DNA of 64,000 nucleotides from a virus (Duplodnaviria; Caudoviricetes), in IMG/VR virus record IMGVR_UViG_3300021400_003144; one strand, 5' to 3'. A program made the translations under genes and the position numbers. Position 1 is the stretch's first letter, and each line of letters opens with the position of its first letter. Of the stretch, positions 21,673-32,243 are shown in pieces. Below the pieces are notes generated by a model. That model made no database searches. It saw only the letters and a program-made list of their open reading frames with translations, and was not told the origin of the DNA.

Positions 21673-22172
21673 TTTTAATAGCTAACATAATAAGCGGAAT
21701 AGGAACCTTAGGAATGTTAATTTCTACATTTCTAAAAAATAAAGATTCAATGTTAAAGTTAAGTATACTAGATTTTGCATGCAACATGATAGCTAATTTA
21801 ATGCTATTAGGATATTCAGCAGTAGTTATAAATTCACTTGGTGGTGTTAGAGAGGTACTTACACTAAAGGGAAAAATCAATAATAAATTGCTTGTAATGT
21901 TTGTAGGAATTACAACTATACTTAGTATTGCTGTAAATAACAATGGTATAGTGGGATTAATAGCATGTCTAGCTGAGATAGAATATAATATAGGAGCATC
22001 AAAAGTAAAAACTGGAACAGGGTATCAAATAGTATTATCAATAAATTTATTGATGTGGGTAGTTTATTGTGCTTGTATGCACTTGTATAGTACAGGTATA
22101 CTATATTGTATAATTATAATATCTTCTATTGTTAATATAATAAGGCATAAATGTGATGTAGAAGCTAATTAA
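21660..22172 (+). CDS. YgjV-like inner membrane protein
   Basis: 170 aa, multiple TM helices, LLGYSAVVIN..GGVR and NLLMWVVY patterns. Confidence 0.6.
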   Translation: MDRVILIANIISGIGTLGMLISTFLKNKDSMLKLSILDFACNMIANLMLLGYSAVVINSLGGVREVLTLKGKINNKLLVMFVGITTILSIAVNNNGIVGLIACLAEIEYNIGASKVKTGTGYQIVLSINLLMWVVYCACMHLYSTGILYCIIIISSIVNIIRHKCDVEAN

Positions 22173-22286
22173 CAAGCTGATAAATTGTAGTGTTATTCTT
22201 ATGAGTAGTAATAGGTAAGTTAAGAATATTTTTAATGCATGACATTGTAGGTGAGAATTTAATTACATTCTAAAGGAGAATAAAAA

Positions 22287-23114
22287 ATGAGTAAACTTAG
22301 TAGTATAGAAAAAGAGCAGGTATTAACATCACAGAATCATATAGAAGATGGTGATGTTATAGTTTGGTTTAAGGATGCTAATATAACTGCTAAATGGGAT
22401 GCATCTTTTGGAGGATTTACAACAGAGTTAAATATTTATAATTCACCAAAGTTTTGTGATAAACCTCATTATGCTATGAGAGTTCTTTCTACCTATGCAA
22501 TTTATGGAAATACATGGTATGTAGATAGAAGGTCTCTTGTTGGTGATAATTATGACTTGTGGCTCTATAAGGGAGTACCTTTGAGTGAGTGGGTTGAGCA
22601 TTATCCAACATATTTAAGAGACAATAAGTTTAATATAAATGATGAAGTTAGCAGTTTACAGTTACAAATTGGTGACGAAACTTTAGAGAAACTAATTAAG
22701 TATAATTGGTTACAGTTTGTAAATGGTAAAATACATATTGGAAATGAGCATAGATACATAAACTTTGTACATGATTGTAACATCAGAGTCAGGTGGAATA
22801 CAGATGGCACATTTAGTGTAATGTATATGAAGCTTCTGAGTGACCCAGTTGGAGTCAAGGGATTAGAGAATGTATCACTTGAAGAGATAACTTCAAAGGT
22901 AGCTGAATATAGAAAGTGCAGTATAGATAATATAAATGACTATTGGTATTTTGAAGGATACCCATTAAGTAAGTGGATGGAGATGAATAAGAATTTCTTA
23001 AGTGCAGTAACTGATAAAAGGGGTTCAGTTTATAGAACTTCAGGTGGAAGTACAGTTGTTGAAGATACTAAGGTATTTGATAGAGTAACAAAGGGTTTAG
23101 GACTATGTGGCTGA
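22287..23114 (+). CDS. Protein with two tandem RAMA-like domains
   Basis: Internal repeat D(A/C)NI...W ... W.(Y/F).G.PLS.W; the same domain occurs in 48421-50718. Confidence 0.5.
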   Translation: MSKLSSIEKEQVLTSQNHIEDGDVIVWFKDANITAKWDASFGGFTTELNIYNSPKFCDKPHYAMRVLSTYAIYGNTWYVDRRSLVGDNYDLWLYKGVPLSEWVEHYPTYLRDNKFNINDEVSSLQLQIGDETLEKLIKYNWLQFVNGKIHIGNEHRYINFVHDCNIRVRWNTDGTFSVMYMKLLSDPVGVKGLENVSLEEITSKVAEYRKCSIDNINDYWYFEGYPLSKWMEMNKNFLSAVTDKRGSVYRTSGGSTVVEDTKVFDRVTKGLGLCG

Positions 23115-23821
23115 TTGATAAATTCTTTAATAGGTCAAATACTAAGCTTAAGGTAATTGATTGTGATAACAATAGTAAAGAATTAAATAATAAAGGATTA
23201 ATTGGAGATAATAAAAATTCAAGTAAAGTGCTTATAAATAAAGTAAATAAGCACAAGAAGAATTTTGAAGAAGCAGCTGATGAAAATAAGGGTAACCAGT
23301 TGGTTGTAAATAATGGTGAGAAAAAACCAGAAAATTTAGAAGTAGTAAATAGCAGTAGTAGTGAATATAAGTTAAGAAGAGAAGAGTTTAATACTACTGA
23401 TAGAGAAAAAGCTTTACTGGCATGCAGAGGTGTAGAATATTTATTCAGGGGATATAAACCAGATAGTCATAGAGACTGGTTTATATCCATAAAAGATGGA
23501 TATACACAGCTGAGTCAGATATTGGTGTTAGCATATTGTATATGTAAGACAGATGTAACATACTATAATAATGTTGTAAATCAATGTATAGATGATTTGT
23601 ACTTATATTATAGTTCTGTTGACAATGAGAAATTAGAAGAGAATTTACAGTATGTTAGAAAAGGCATAAATGAATGGAATGAAAGCAACAAAGCTTACTA
23701 TAGGGAATTTGACATGATAGCTAATGTACTGTTTGAAGATTGTGTTGAACCTAAGCTAACAGACCCTATGGCAGAGAAGTTATTTAATATGGCAGAAAGA
23801 GACTACTTAAAAGTAGTATGA
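23105..23821 (+). CDS. Hypothetical protein
   Basis: 238 aa ORF overlapping the upstream stop. Confidence 0.6.
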   Translation: MWLIDKFFNRSNTKLKVIDCDNNSKELNNKGLIGDNKNSSKVLINKVNKHKKNFEEAADENKGNQLVVNNGEKKPENLEVVNSSSSEYKLRREEFNTTDREKALLACRGVEYLFRGYKPDSHRDWFISIKDGYTQLSQILVLAYCICKTDVTYYNNVVNQCIDDLYLYYSSVDNEKLEENLQYVRKGINEWNESNKAYYREFDMIANVLFEDCVEPKLTDPMAEKLFNMAERDYLKVV

Positions 23822-23864
23822 ATGAAGTCTGACCATTAAACTAAACATATAGCATTCAGATAGT

Positions 23865-23908
23865 AATAGGTAAGTTATTGGTAAGACAATAGCTTACCTA
23901 TTTATTTT
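23865..23908 (+). terminator. Rho-independent terminator
   Basis: AATAGGTAAGTTATTG / CAATAGCTTACCTATT plus T-rich tail. Confidence 0.75.
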
Positions 23909-23929
23909 GTAAACAAAGGAGATAAATAA

Positions 23930-24484
23930 ATGACAGATTACATTAATACTATGGATTCACTTAAGGAAGTAAGTTATAGCATTAACTATGGATTGGCACT
24001 TTTAGTATTCTTTAGTACACTTTTTGTAGAAGGGCTAATAATTTATAAACACATAGCTGATAAAAGTGAAGCACGTAAGCAGAATTGGATACTCTGTATA
24101 TCAACAATTATAGAGATAATGGCTATGGCATATATTATAATAGGAACTCTGTGTTGGTTAAATGGTAGTTTATCTTATGATAATAATTATCAGAATGGAC
24201 TTTATAATCACTACAGTGAATACAAAGACAATATAAAGAGTGTAAGTGTACCTGGAAATAAGAGTTATAAGTTTAATTTGGTTGTTAATGTAGACAATAC
24301 TGATTATACAATAACATTAGACAAGTATGCTAATAATTATGAAGAGGTAGATACACCAGATTTAGAAGAGTCCTATTATGAGTTATTCAGAGACATTAAG
24401 AATAAAAAAGTTAGAATTAGAAAATATGTAGGTTCCTTAGAACGCAGTGAAATGACTTCAAATACATTCAAGGAGGCTAAGTAA
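23930..24484 (+). CDS. Two-TM membrane protein
   Basis: AAAGGAG RBS; two hydrophobic helices. Confidence 0.65.
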   Translation: MTDYINTMDSLKEVSYSINYGLALLVFFSTLFVEGLIIYKHIADKSEARKQNWILCISTIIEIMAMAYIIIGTLCWLNGSLSYDNNYQNGLYNHYSEYKDNIKSVSVPGNKSYKFNLVVNVDNTDYTITLDKYANNYEEVDTPDLEESYYELFRDIKNKKVRIRKYVGSLERSEMTSNTFKEAK

Positions 24485-24677
24485 TCATAATAGCATGTAT
24501 ATTAGTATGAAGGTAAATACTTAGTGAATAAAATGAATGCATTGATGTATTGAACATAGGACTTTTGGTAGGTTATTAAACAGAATCTTTTGATAGAAGG
24601 AGTATAGTTAATTGTAGATTATATTCGTTCTGTAAAATGTAATTATGGTGTATAAAATTGATAGGAGATAAAGGTTT

Positions 24678-25148
24678 ATGACCAGGGTTATTATTTTCAA
24701 AAGAAAGAGTATCAATAATGAAGTCAGATTTGACTTACTTGAAATTCCTAGAGCAGCAGTACGTGCAAACATTAGTTTAAAGGCATTAAAGGGAGCTATA
24801 GAAGCTGGAACTATAGAGCCTTTAAATATGAAGTTGACTTCAGATAAAAAATTAATAAACAAGAGTAAGAATGATTTACAACCTACAATAGACTGTATAT
24901 TGAGTGAATATAACTTAGAGATGTTGATTGATAACATTTGTAAAGTAAGGTGTTTAAATAGAAGGAATAGTGATGATATAATAACAATTAAGGAGCATAT
25001 GAGAGCTATAATATGGCTATTAGCATTAATGTTCAATCAAATAGATAACATGCTAAAGATGAATAGAGATCATCTGCTGGAGTTAGGGTATACAATATTA
25101 AATAATACTGGTGAGTTTGAGAAATACGATTATAAGGGATATAGGTGA
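24678..25148 (+). CDS. Hypothetical protein, paralogous family (N.K.T(S/A)D..(L/V)I motif)
   Basis: NMKLTSDKKLI; C-terminal MRAIIWLLAL and GEFEKYDY shared with 25588. Confidence 0.65.
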   Translation: MTRVIIFKRKSINNEVRFDLLEIPRAAVRANISLKALKGAIEAGTIEPLNMKLTSDKKLINKSKNDLQPTIDCILSEYNLEMLIDNICKVRCLNRRNSDDIITIKEHMRAIIWLLALMFNQIDNMLKMNRDHLLELGYTILNNTGEFEKYDYKGYR

Positions 25149-25154
25149 TGTATA

Positions 25155-25532
25155 ATGAATGTTGCAAAAAGAACAAATGTAAGAGAAAAAGTAAATGAGG
25201 ATAGCTTAACATCAGCTCAAATAGCCAGAAGAATTGTTGAGGTTAGGCAGGCACAAGTTGCAGGTAACCCAAATGTTGGAGAGTATCATGCTACGGTATA
25301 TGATGATGGCATTTGGAGAGTAGACTTAGAGATATTTGCAGTATCTGGTGTGACAAGGTTCTGGGTATCAAGAGAAGATACATATAGGAATTACAACAAT
25401 TCATTATTTACTATGTATAGAGCTGCTAATGGAGAGCTAAAATATTCTGCTAATTTTAAAATAGCAAAGAAGATTGTAGACAGGTTATTAAAGGTATATA
25501 CTATATTGGAAAAAGTTGGTGTACAGATATAA
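25155..25532 (+). CDS. Hypothetical protein
   Basis: 125 aa, AGGTG RBS. Confidence 0.65.
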   Translation: MNVAKRTNVREKVNEDSLTSAQIARRIVEVRQAQVAGNPNVGEYHATVYDDGIWRVDLEIFAVSGVTRFWVSREDTYRNYNNSLFTMYRAANGELKYSANFKIAKKIVDRLLKVYTILEKVGVQI

Positions 25533-25587
25533 GATTTGGAATAAGTTTAAAGACAATAAAAGAGTTTAGTGAGGAACATAAGAGTTT

Positions 25588-26079
25588 ATGTGTACAGATA
25601 ACTATATAATACTTAAAAGATATGAAACACCATTACATGAGAAATATGCAAAGATGCTATCATTATCTAATGGAAATGTCACTAAAGTAAAGTGGGATGC
25701 TATTAGACAGACATTTATGAATAGAGGCACAGCAAATTGTGTTGTAAAAATCCTAAATTTTAAGAAAACAGCTGATAATAGAGTAATAGAGCTTTCAAAG
25801 AAAGAAATACAGAGTAAGATAGATATAGTACTTGACAGATTTCCATTAGATAAAGTTGAGGACATAATATGTAAGAGGTATAAAATCAATACAGATAATA
25901 GGGCTGGTCTTTATAAATTCAGAGTGAATATGAGAGTGTTTATATGGGTATTGGCTTTATTAAAAGAAGATTGGCATGGTGAGAATCCTGACTTAGACAA
26001 GTTAGTTAATATGATTGAGACTGTAAGAGAAAACAGTGATGGGTCTTATGAAAAATATACATATGCTAAATATGACTAA
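25588..26079 (+). CDS. Hypothetical protein, paralogue of 24678
   Basis: NFKKTADNRVI, MRVFIWVLAL, GSYEKYTY. Confidence 0.65.
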   Translation: MCTDNYIILKRYETPLHEKYAKMLSLSNGNVTKVKWDAIRQTFMNRGTANCVVKILNFKKTADNRVIELSKKEIQSKIDIVLDRFPLDKVEDIICKRYKINTDNRAGLYKFRVNMRVFIWVLALLKEDWHGENPDLDKLVNMIETVRENSDGSYEKYTYAKYD

Positions 26080-26090
26080 GGAGTGCTATA

Positions 26091-27035
26091 ATGGTTAAAG
26101 TTACAGCGATATGTAAGTATACAAAGAACAGGGTAATAAGCTATAAGCTTGTAGACTCTGATGGAAAGTCTGTAATTAAGACAAGTAAAGAAATAAAAGA
26201 GGCTATAAACTCAAAGAGATTGGATGTTGCAAATTTAAAGGTAACGTCTGATAATAGATTGATAATCAGTGTACCTAAGGGTAATAGATCAGAAAACAAA
26301 GATAGGGCTATAAAGTTGGATTCTAATAGTCTGTATGGAAAGATGATTAACACCTGGAAAGAATATAGTGACTTTAAAATGATTGAGTGTAATCTTAAGC
26401 ATACAGAATTTAGTTTTAATGACTATCTGTTAGAGATAGAGAATGTAAGTAAAGATAGTGGTTTAAATATAAATATAGGCTATGGGTATTATGCACACAA
26501 TACCTTATGTATGGTAAGGAATGATAGGGAAATTGAGCCTGCTAATGCATTAATACTTGATATAGTAGAGCTGCTAACTGGTAAGAAAAAGTATGACATA
26601 TCTAATGCAGCTAGAGTTGCATATTATAAGAGCTTGGCTAGAGCAGATTTTGAGCCTTATGAAGATAGTGAGGGCAGATTAACTAATCAGATTATTGATA
26701 GCATGGACACTGAGTTAATTAAATTGCTGGATAGTGGTGGTATTGAACTTCCTGACTATATGATGTTGATACAGAAGAGGATAGATGAGTTTTTAGTCAA
26801 GCATACATATAATTACTATAGTCAATATGTAGTAAATGAGATAAGCTCTAGAAGAAAGAAGAATATCACAGATAGAAAATTAATACATGATTTAACAGAC
26901 AATTATCTGTGGCTTATAGCTTCATTTGGTTTTGGAGAAAAAAGTCTAAACAATAACTTCATGAGAAGTACGTTAATAAATTTACAAGAATACAATAGTA
27001 GAAATATAAGTTACTATAGAATTAAAAGGAGATAA
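26091..27035 (+). CDS. Hypothetical protein sharing the N-terminal domain of 24678/25588
   Basis: NLKVTSDNRLI. Confidence 0.65.
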   Translation: MVKVTAICKYTKNRVISYKLVDSDGKSVIKTSKEIKEAINSKRLDVANLKVTSDNRLIISVPKGNRSENKDRAIKLDSNSLYGKMINTWKEYSDFKMIECNLKHTEFSFNDYLLEIENVSKDSGLNINIGYGYYAHNTLCMVRNDREIEPANALILDIVELLTGKKKYDISNAARVAYYKSLARADFEPYEDSEGRLTNQIIDSMDTELIKLLDSGGIELPDYMMLIQKRIDEFLVKHTYNYYSQYVVNEISSRRKKNITDRKLIHDLTDNYLWLIASFGFGEKSLNNNFMRSTLINLQEYNSRNISYYRIKRR

Positions 27036-27037
27036 AT

Positions 27038-28255
27038 ATGGCTTTTATAGATTATGAAGATATGGCAAAGAGAAATGCAGAATCACTTAGAGTATCAAGG
27101 GCTGATGAAGTATTTACTGTAACTGCTATTGATACTAAGAATCATATAGTTCAGTTAAATGGTAGCATTAATGTTGATGTAGTGTATACACTGTTAAGGG
27201 CAATAGCAAGAAAAGACTGTGCAGTCAAAAACTTTGATGTATTAAAGAAAGAAATTGATGTAATAGGGAATGAAGGTAATAAGTTTATAGTTGATACAGC
27301 TGTAAAGAATTTATTAAGAATGTCTAACTACATAATTGATAAATTTAATCTTGAGCAGAATATCAAAGAGGTTGAGAGCAAGGGCACTGATTGGGTCATT
27401 GATACTAATTATGGTATATACTTTCAGGGTTTAGGTACATCTATATATAAAAATGAATGTCCTGGTTTCAAGGGGTTATTAAACAATGCAGAAATCAAGG
27501 ATAGACTAGATAGGGTTAAAAAAGTAAATCTTATATGTCTGACAGCATTTGATGGTACATTATGGTTAAGTTGTGACATTGAGTCAAATTATTATACTAT
27601 TAACTTTGATAATTGGGATACTGCTAATAATAAGGATTTAATGGACTTTAATGAAAAAACAGGACTGAGGTTTTTCAAAGAGAAATATGTATCCACATAT
27701 GCTAATGTATGCGGATACATAAGAGAAAAAGCTGAACTTCATGCATATAGAGTTAAACTTGGCAGTGAAGATAAATTTATGACTGATATTATTAAAACGG
27801 CTGTAGAAAATATGATTAGAATTGCAAATTTTGTACACTCTAATTCTAACCTCGATGCAGCATATGCTAAGTATGAAGGTGAAAAACATATAGATTCATA
27901 TATTATGTTTTGTCCTGAACATAGCTCAAATCATATAGCACTTGCAACTAAAGAAGATTTTCCTAAGTTCAGAGAATGTATTAATATGCCAGAACTTAAT
28001 GAGAGAATAAATGAAGTTAGGTCTATTACATACAGTCTATTAAAAATAGGAGGTTTAGATTTATACATCACATATGATGTAGAAAATGATAGATATAAGG
28101 TAGGAAGCATTGTAGCTGAAGAGAAGCTTGGAAGTTTCAAAGAAGAATCAGGATTAAAGTGGTACATTTGGGAGAACATTGAGGGTAACTATCACACAGT
28201 ATGCGAGAAGCTTAGACTATGTGCTTCTAACTATCAGAAGCCTAAGTCAAAATAA
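27038..28255 (+). CDS. Hypothetical protein with an internal domain duplication
   Basis: TAVKNLLRMSNY/TAVENMIRIANF, FNEKTGL/FKEESGL, YANVCGYIR/YHTVCEKLR. Confidence 0.7.
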   Translation: MAFIDYEDMAKRNAESLRVSRADEVFTVTAIDTKNHIVQLNGSINVDVVYTLLRAIARKDCAVKNFDVLKKEIDVIGNEGNKFIVDTAVKNLLRMSNYIIDKFNLEQNIKEVESKGTDWVIDTNYGIYFQGLGTSIYKNECPGFKGLLNNAEIKDRLDRVKKVNLICLTAFDGTLWLSCDIESNYYTINFDNWDTANNKDLMDFNEKTGLRFFKEKYVSTYANVCGYIREKAELHAYRVKLGSEDKFMTDIIKTAVENMIRIANFVHSNSNLDAAYAKYEGEKHIDSYIMFCPEHSSNHIALATKEDFPKFRECINMPELNERINEVRSITYSLLKIGGLDLYITYDVENDRYKVGSIVAEEKLGSFKEESGLKWYIWENIEGNYHTVCEKLRLCASNYQKPKSK

Positions 28256-28271
28256 TAAATTAAGTATAGAG

Positions 28272-28305
28272 GCACCTAGAATTTATTTAAGTTCTAGGTG
28301 TTTTT
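28272..28305 (+). terminator. Rho-independent terminator
   Basis: GCACCTAGAATTTA / TAAGTTCTAGGTGT plus T run. Confidence 0.85.
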
Positions 28306-28329
28306 ATTTTGTGTAAAAATAAAATATTT

Positions 28330-28362
28330 AGTATTGAAATTTAAGTAAATATGTGTTATAAT
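28330..28362 (+). promoter_or_regulatory. SigA-type promoter, nearest candidate for transcribing array 1
   Basis: AGTA-TTGAAA, 17 nt ending GTGT, TATAAT. Confidence 0.8.
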
Positions 28363-28396
28363 AATGGTAAAATATAGGAATAGTGAGGAAGTTTAA

Positions 28397-28705
28397 ATGA
28401 GCATAAAAGAAAAGATATACAATCTAGGGGAATTAAGTGAGGATGGAAAAGTTATTAGTATTCCTGTGAGTAGACTAGATGAGATTAATAAGAGGCAGAC
28501 AGAGCGTGAGATAGGCATGTGGGTATATAACAAGGATACTGATAGAACAGAGTGTAACTGTTGTCATGGTAGAGTAGGAAAGTTTACATCACAAGATATG
28601 GATGGTGTAACCACTAAAATTCTAAAAACTATGTATTGTCCTCATTGTGGAGCATTAATGTTAAATGGTGTAGGCAAAGAGATTTATGAGGAAAGTGGAT
28701 GGTAA
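28397..28705 (+). CDS. Zinc-ribbon protein (phage-type)
   Basis: G.W...ECNCC...YCPHCGALM. Confidence 0.7.
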   Translation: MSIKEKIYNLGELSEDGKVISIPVSRLDEINKRQTEREIGMWVYNKDTDRTECNCCHGRVGKFTSQDMDGVTTKILKTMYCPHCGALMLNGVGKEIYEESGW

Positions 28706-28812
28706 GATGTGAACAGTTAAGAAATTAAAGAGCAATGTGAGAGAGGCTTGCTAGAGACAGTATACCTAGCATTAATATAAAAATAAGTTGTAAAAAATAA
28801 GAATTAGAACAG

Positions 28813-29091
28813 ATGAATATGAAATTTGAGCATAAGAAAACTGATGAAAGGCATATTGAAGAATTTGATGAGTCAGTGATGGAAAATTGGGATAGGCATT
28901 TAGAGAAAAATAAGGGTGAAGAAAAACCTGAAGATTTGGAAGATAAATGTAGCAATAAAGATGAAAATAGGCATGGAAAAGCTAGGATACTGATAAGAGG
29001 AGATGGTGGAATGTCTCATAGAGCTTTGATTGAAGCTATAGTAAATAAAGAGATACAAGTAGTTATTTCAGATGATGTAAATAACAGGTAA
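28813..29091 (+). CDS. Hypothetical protein or gene remnant
   Basis: 92 aa, weak RBS. Confidence 0.4.
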   Translation: MNMKFEHKKTDERHIEEFDESVMENWDRHLEKNKGEEKPEDLEDKCSNKDENRHGKARILIRGDGGMSHRALIEAIVNKEIQVVISDDVNNR

Positions 29092-29167
29092 GCTGAGAAG
29101 AGAAAGATGGACAGAACTATAGTTTAAGTGTATTAAAGAGTTTAATTTATTGAGTTCATGTAATAAA

Positions 29168-30094
29168 GTGGACCCTTGTAATAGGGATTGAATTTATTTC
29201 TGTGAGTAACCACATCCTCATAAAATTGAAGAACCCTGCAATAGGGATTGAATAATTTCTGTTACTCTCATATTTAGCATCCAATTAAGTGAACCCTTTG
29301 ATAGGGATTAAATCTTATTTTACACTAGTTCAACCACATGATGATTAAAGAACCCTTCTAATAGGGATTGAGCTTGGTACATTTTGTTATCTTCCTTTAA
29401 ATAAATGAGATGAACCCTTGCAATAGGGATTGAGTAGTCTTATTTAGAAGAGTAGAATGCTGATATTTTGAGTGAACCCTTATAATAGGGATTGAGTTAA
29501 TTGAAAATTAACATTAATATTCATATTCATGATAGTGAACCCTTTAATAGGGATTGATTACCTATACACAATGTCGTAGGCTTGAATGAAGTGAACCCTT
29601 TAATAGGGATTGCATAGGCGAAAAATGTAAAATCATCAAAGTTCTTATTGAACCCTTTAATAGGGATTGCATGGTCAATATTTGCGTTGTTAATTACTAC
29701 TAATAAAGTGAACCATTCTAATGGGGATTGAATAGTACATAATAATGTTTAAGGTTATGTCATATAACAGGAAACCCTTATAATAGGGATTGAATCAGAA
29801 GAGGTGGAAGGCCAACTTTGGACATTTCAAGTGAACCCTTATAATAGGGATTGCATCTATTTTCGTAGTTCCAAATTGCCTTTAATTTAAGAGAACCCTT
29901 GCAGTAGGGATTGCATTAATAGAGACAAAGCGCTCTGTCTATTTTTCTAAAGAACCCTTTAATAGGGATTGTATCATTTCTATCATGTTTTCGAGGTCTG
30001 AACGTTTTAGAGAACCCTTTAATAGGGATTGCATATGCTGATGATTTTTAAAATCACCAAGAGGAAAGTAAGAACCCTTGTAATAGGGATTGTA
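29168..30094 (+). CRISPR. CRISPR array 1: 16 degenerate repeats, 15 unique spacers
   Basis: GAACCCT-(5-6 nt)-AGGGATTG recurring about every 60 bp (29168, 29228, 29289 ... 30070); 3' end resembles the ATTGAAA(C/G) handle. Confidence 0.92.
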
Positions 30095-30128
30095 TTATTA
30101 AATGAAGCAGGGAGAGGAAAGCTTATAT

Positions 30129-30353
30129 ATGAGTAGACACTATACCGTTGAGGTTGAGAAGTTATGTAGAGTATCTGATGTTGAAGCAGATACTCCAAAA
30201 CAAGCCTTGAGAAATGTAATAAGAGAACATGGTATATGTAATGGTTCAATAAGAAGTATTAGTGCAGACACTAAGACTAACTATAGAAAAGCTAAAGTTA
30301 GTTTATTGGGTGGAACTAGAGAGTCTATTAGTTATTTTGAGGTTTCATGGTAG
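30129..30353 (+). CDS. Small hypothetical protein
   Basis: GAGG RBS just after the last repeat; ORF track starts at 30102. Confidence 0.6.
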   Translation: MSRHYTVEVEKLCRVSDVEADTPKQALRNVIREHGICNGSIRSISADTKTNYRKAKVSLLGGTRESISYFEVSW

Positions 30354-30387
30354 CAAAAATCATAGTCACTGATATAGAAAGGAAAAT

Positions 30388-30915
30388 ATGAAAATCAAGA
30401 AAGGGAATATAAAAATAAATGACTTTATGATAAGCCTAAATACTCTTGTAATAGACTATGGTGACCATCAGTATAAATTTAAGATGAAAGAAGTAGTTAA
30501 AGAAGCATTTGGTGAACTTTATGTACCAACTAATACAATAAAGCAGGATAAAGAAACTAAAAAACATAATATAATCATATCTTATGCTGATTTATCTGGA
30601 CTCATAGACTCAAATAAAATAGAAGAAGCTATAGAAGTAGACAAGGAATGTAAAAGTGATATGGAGCAGATAGCATTTTATGACACAGCATTTGCATTCA
30701 TGTGTGGACCATTTATAGTTGCTTTTATGCTTTGGACAGTAAATTTCTTATTAAATTATGTGTTTAAAGGTATAGGGCATACTGGAGAGATGATTATAAT
30801 TGGTATTGTAGTGATTTTTTATCTAATAATATTCGGAATGTTAACTGTTTCTTTTGAAGGTGCCCTAGTAAAAGAGATAAAAGACACTATTAAAAGTCTT
30901 TCATCAGATATTTAG
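30388..30915 (+). CDS. Membrane protein
   Basis: Two C-terminal TM helices. Confidence 0.65.
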   Translation: MKIKKGNIKINDFMISLNTLVIDYGDHQYKFKMKEVVKEAFGELYVPTNTIKQDKETKKHNIIISYADLSGLIDSNKIEEAIEVDKECKSDMEQIAFYDTAFAFMCGPFIVAFMLWTVNFLLNYVFKGIGHTGEMIIIGIVVIFYLIIFGMLTVSFEGALVKEIKDTIKSLSSDI

Positions 30916-30943
30916 AGTGAATAAACATTGGGGGGATATAAAA

Positions 30944-32221
30944 ATGGGCAAGGGTAAGAAAATTTTAGCAGTAGAAATACCTATTGGGTTAATGGCAGTT
31001 AGTATGATGCTTAATGCTTGTAATAATCAAGTTGTAGCTAATGAAAGTAAGAGTGAGACAATGAATATTGCGAAAGTGACAGATGTAAATGAAGCTTTGT
31101 TTAATCTTAGTAAAAATGTGATACAAAGCGAATTGTCAGATACATCAGATAATATAATGGTGTCACCTGTATCTATAGAAAGGTGCTTTGCTTTAGCTAT
31201 AGAGGGAGCAAATGGAGAGACAAGAGAACAGTTAGAAAAAGCAATATATTCTAACTTACCTTTTGAAGATACAGCATATAAGATAGGAACTATTTGTGAT
31301 AAGCTAAGTTACTATGATGTAGATGCATATGATGATAAGAATAATCATATAGATGAGACTAGAAAGGCATTTAAAGTTGCTAATTCTATATGGATAAACT
31401 CAGATGCAGATGATTTTAAGATTAAGACTGAATATAAGGATAGAATAGGCATCAATTATAAAGCTGAAGAGTTTGAGATACCTTTTTCAGATGGACCTAA
31501 TCCTATAAATAATTGGGTAAATACAAATACAGATGGAATGATACCCAGTATATTAAATGATTTAACACCTGATGATATGACTGTACTTGTAAATGCAACT
31601 ATGTTTAAGGGTGAATGGGTTGATAAGTTTGAGAATGATTCACCTGAGAAAAACTTTACAGACTCAGATGGAAGTATAAAGCAAGTTGACTTTATGAGAA
31701 GCTATAAGGATGATAGATATGTACAGATAAAGGATAGAGATGCATTTGTAAAGCAATATAATAACAAGTTTATGTATATTGGAATACTACCTAAAGAAAA
31801 TGAAAGCACTAATGAACTTCTTAAGGAACTAGAATATAAAGATATAATCAAAGGACTTGGAAATAATACCAATTATGATTTAGTTTTAGACTTTCCTAAA
31901 TATAAGTATGAAAGCTCAATGAGTTTAGTAAAAGTATTTAAGCAACTTGGTGTAGATTTAGCATTTGGAAATGAAGCTGATTTCTCTAATATGAGTGATA
32001 AGCCTTTACATATTTCAGATGTTCTACATAAGACCTATGTAGAACTTGATGAAAATGGAACTGAAGCAGCTGCTGTGACAGCTATAACAATGGATTTGAA
32101 TAGTGCAGCTATTGAGCAAACACCTGTTAAAGAGCTAGTATTTAATAGACCATTTATTTATATGATAGTATCCACTAATGATAAGTTGCCGGTCTTTGTA
32201 GGAGTAGTAAATAAATTATAA
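30944..32221 (+). CDS. Serpin (serine protease inhibitor), lipoprotein
   Basis: NIMVSPVSI, GANGET, INNWV..NTDGMI, NATMFKGEW, hinge ENGTEAAAVT, FNRPFIY; lipobox LNAC. Confidence 0.95.
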   Translation: MGKGKKILAVEIPIGLMAVSMMLNACNNQVVANESKSETMNIAKVTDVNEALFNLSKNVIQSELSDTSDNIMVSPVSIERCFALAIEGANGETREQLEKAIYSNLPFEDTAYKIGTICDKLSYYDVDAYDDKNNHIDETRKAFKVANSIWINSDADDFKIKTEYKDRIGINYKAEEFEIPFSDGPNPINNWVNTNTDGMIPSILNDLTPDDMTVLVNATMFKGEWVDKFENDSPEKNFTDSDGSIKQVDFMRSYKDDRYVQIKDRDAFVKQYNNKFMYIGILPKENESTNELLKELEYKDIIKGLGNNTNYDLVLDFPKYKYESSMSLVKVFKQLGVDLAFGNEADFSNMSDKPLHISDVLHKTYVELDENGTEAAAVTAITMDLNSAAIEQTPVKELVFNRPFIYMIVSTNDKLPVFVGVVNKL

Positions 32222-32243
32222 AAATAAATTAGAGGTTTAACAA

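Noticed and set aside
29497-29534. Spacer whose antisense (MNMNINVNFQ) resembles the MTase 2 start (MNMSIINFE)
   Set aside because: Needs a gap and is very low complexity; cannot be separated from chance
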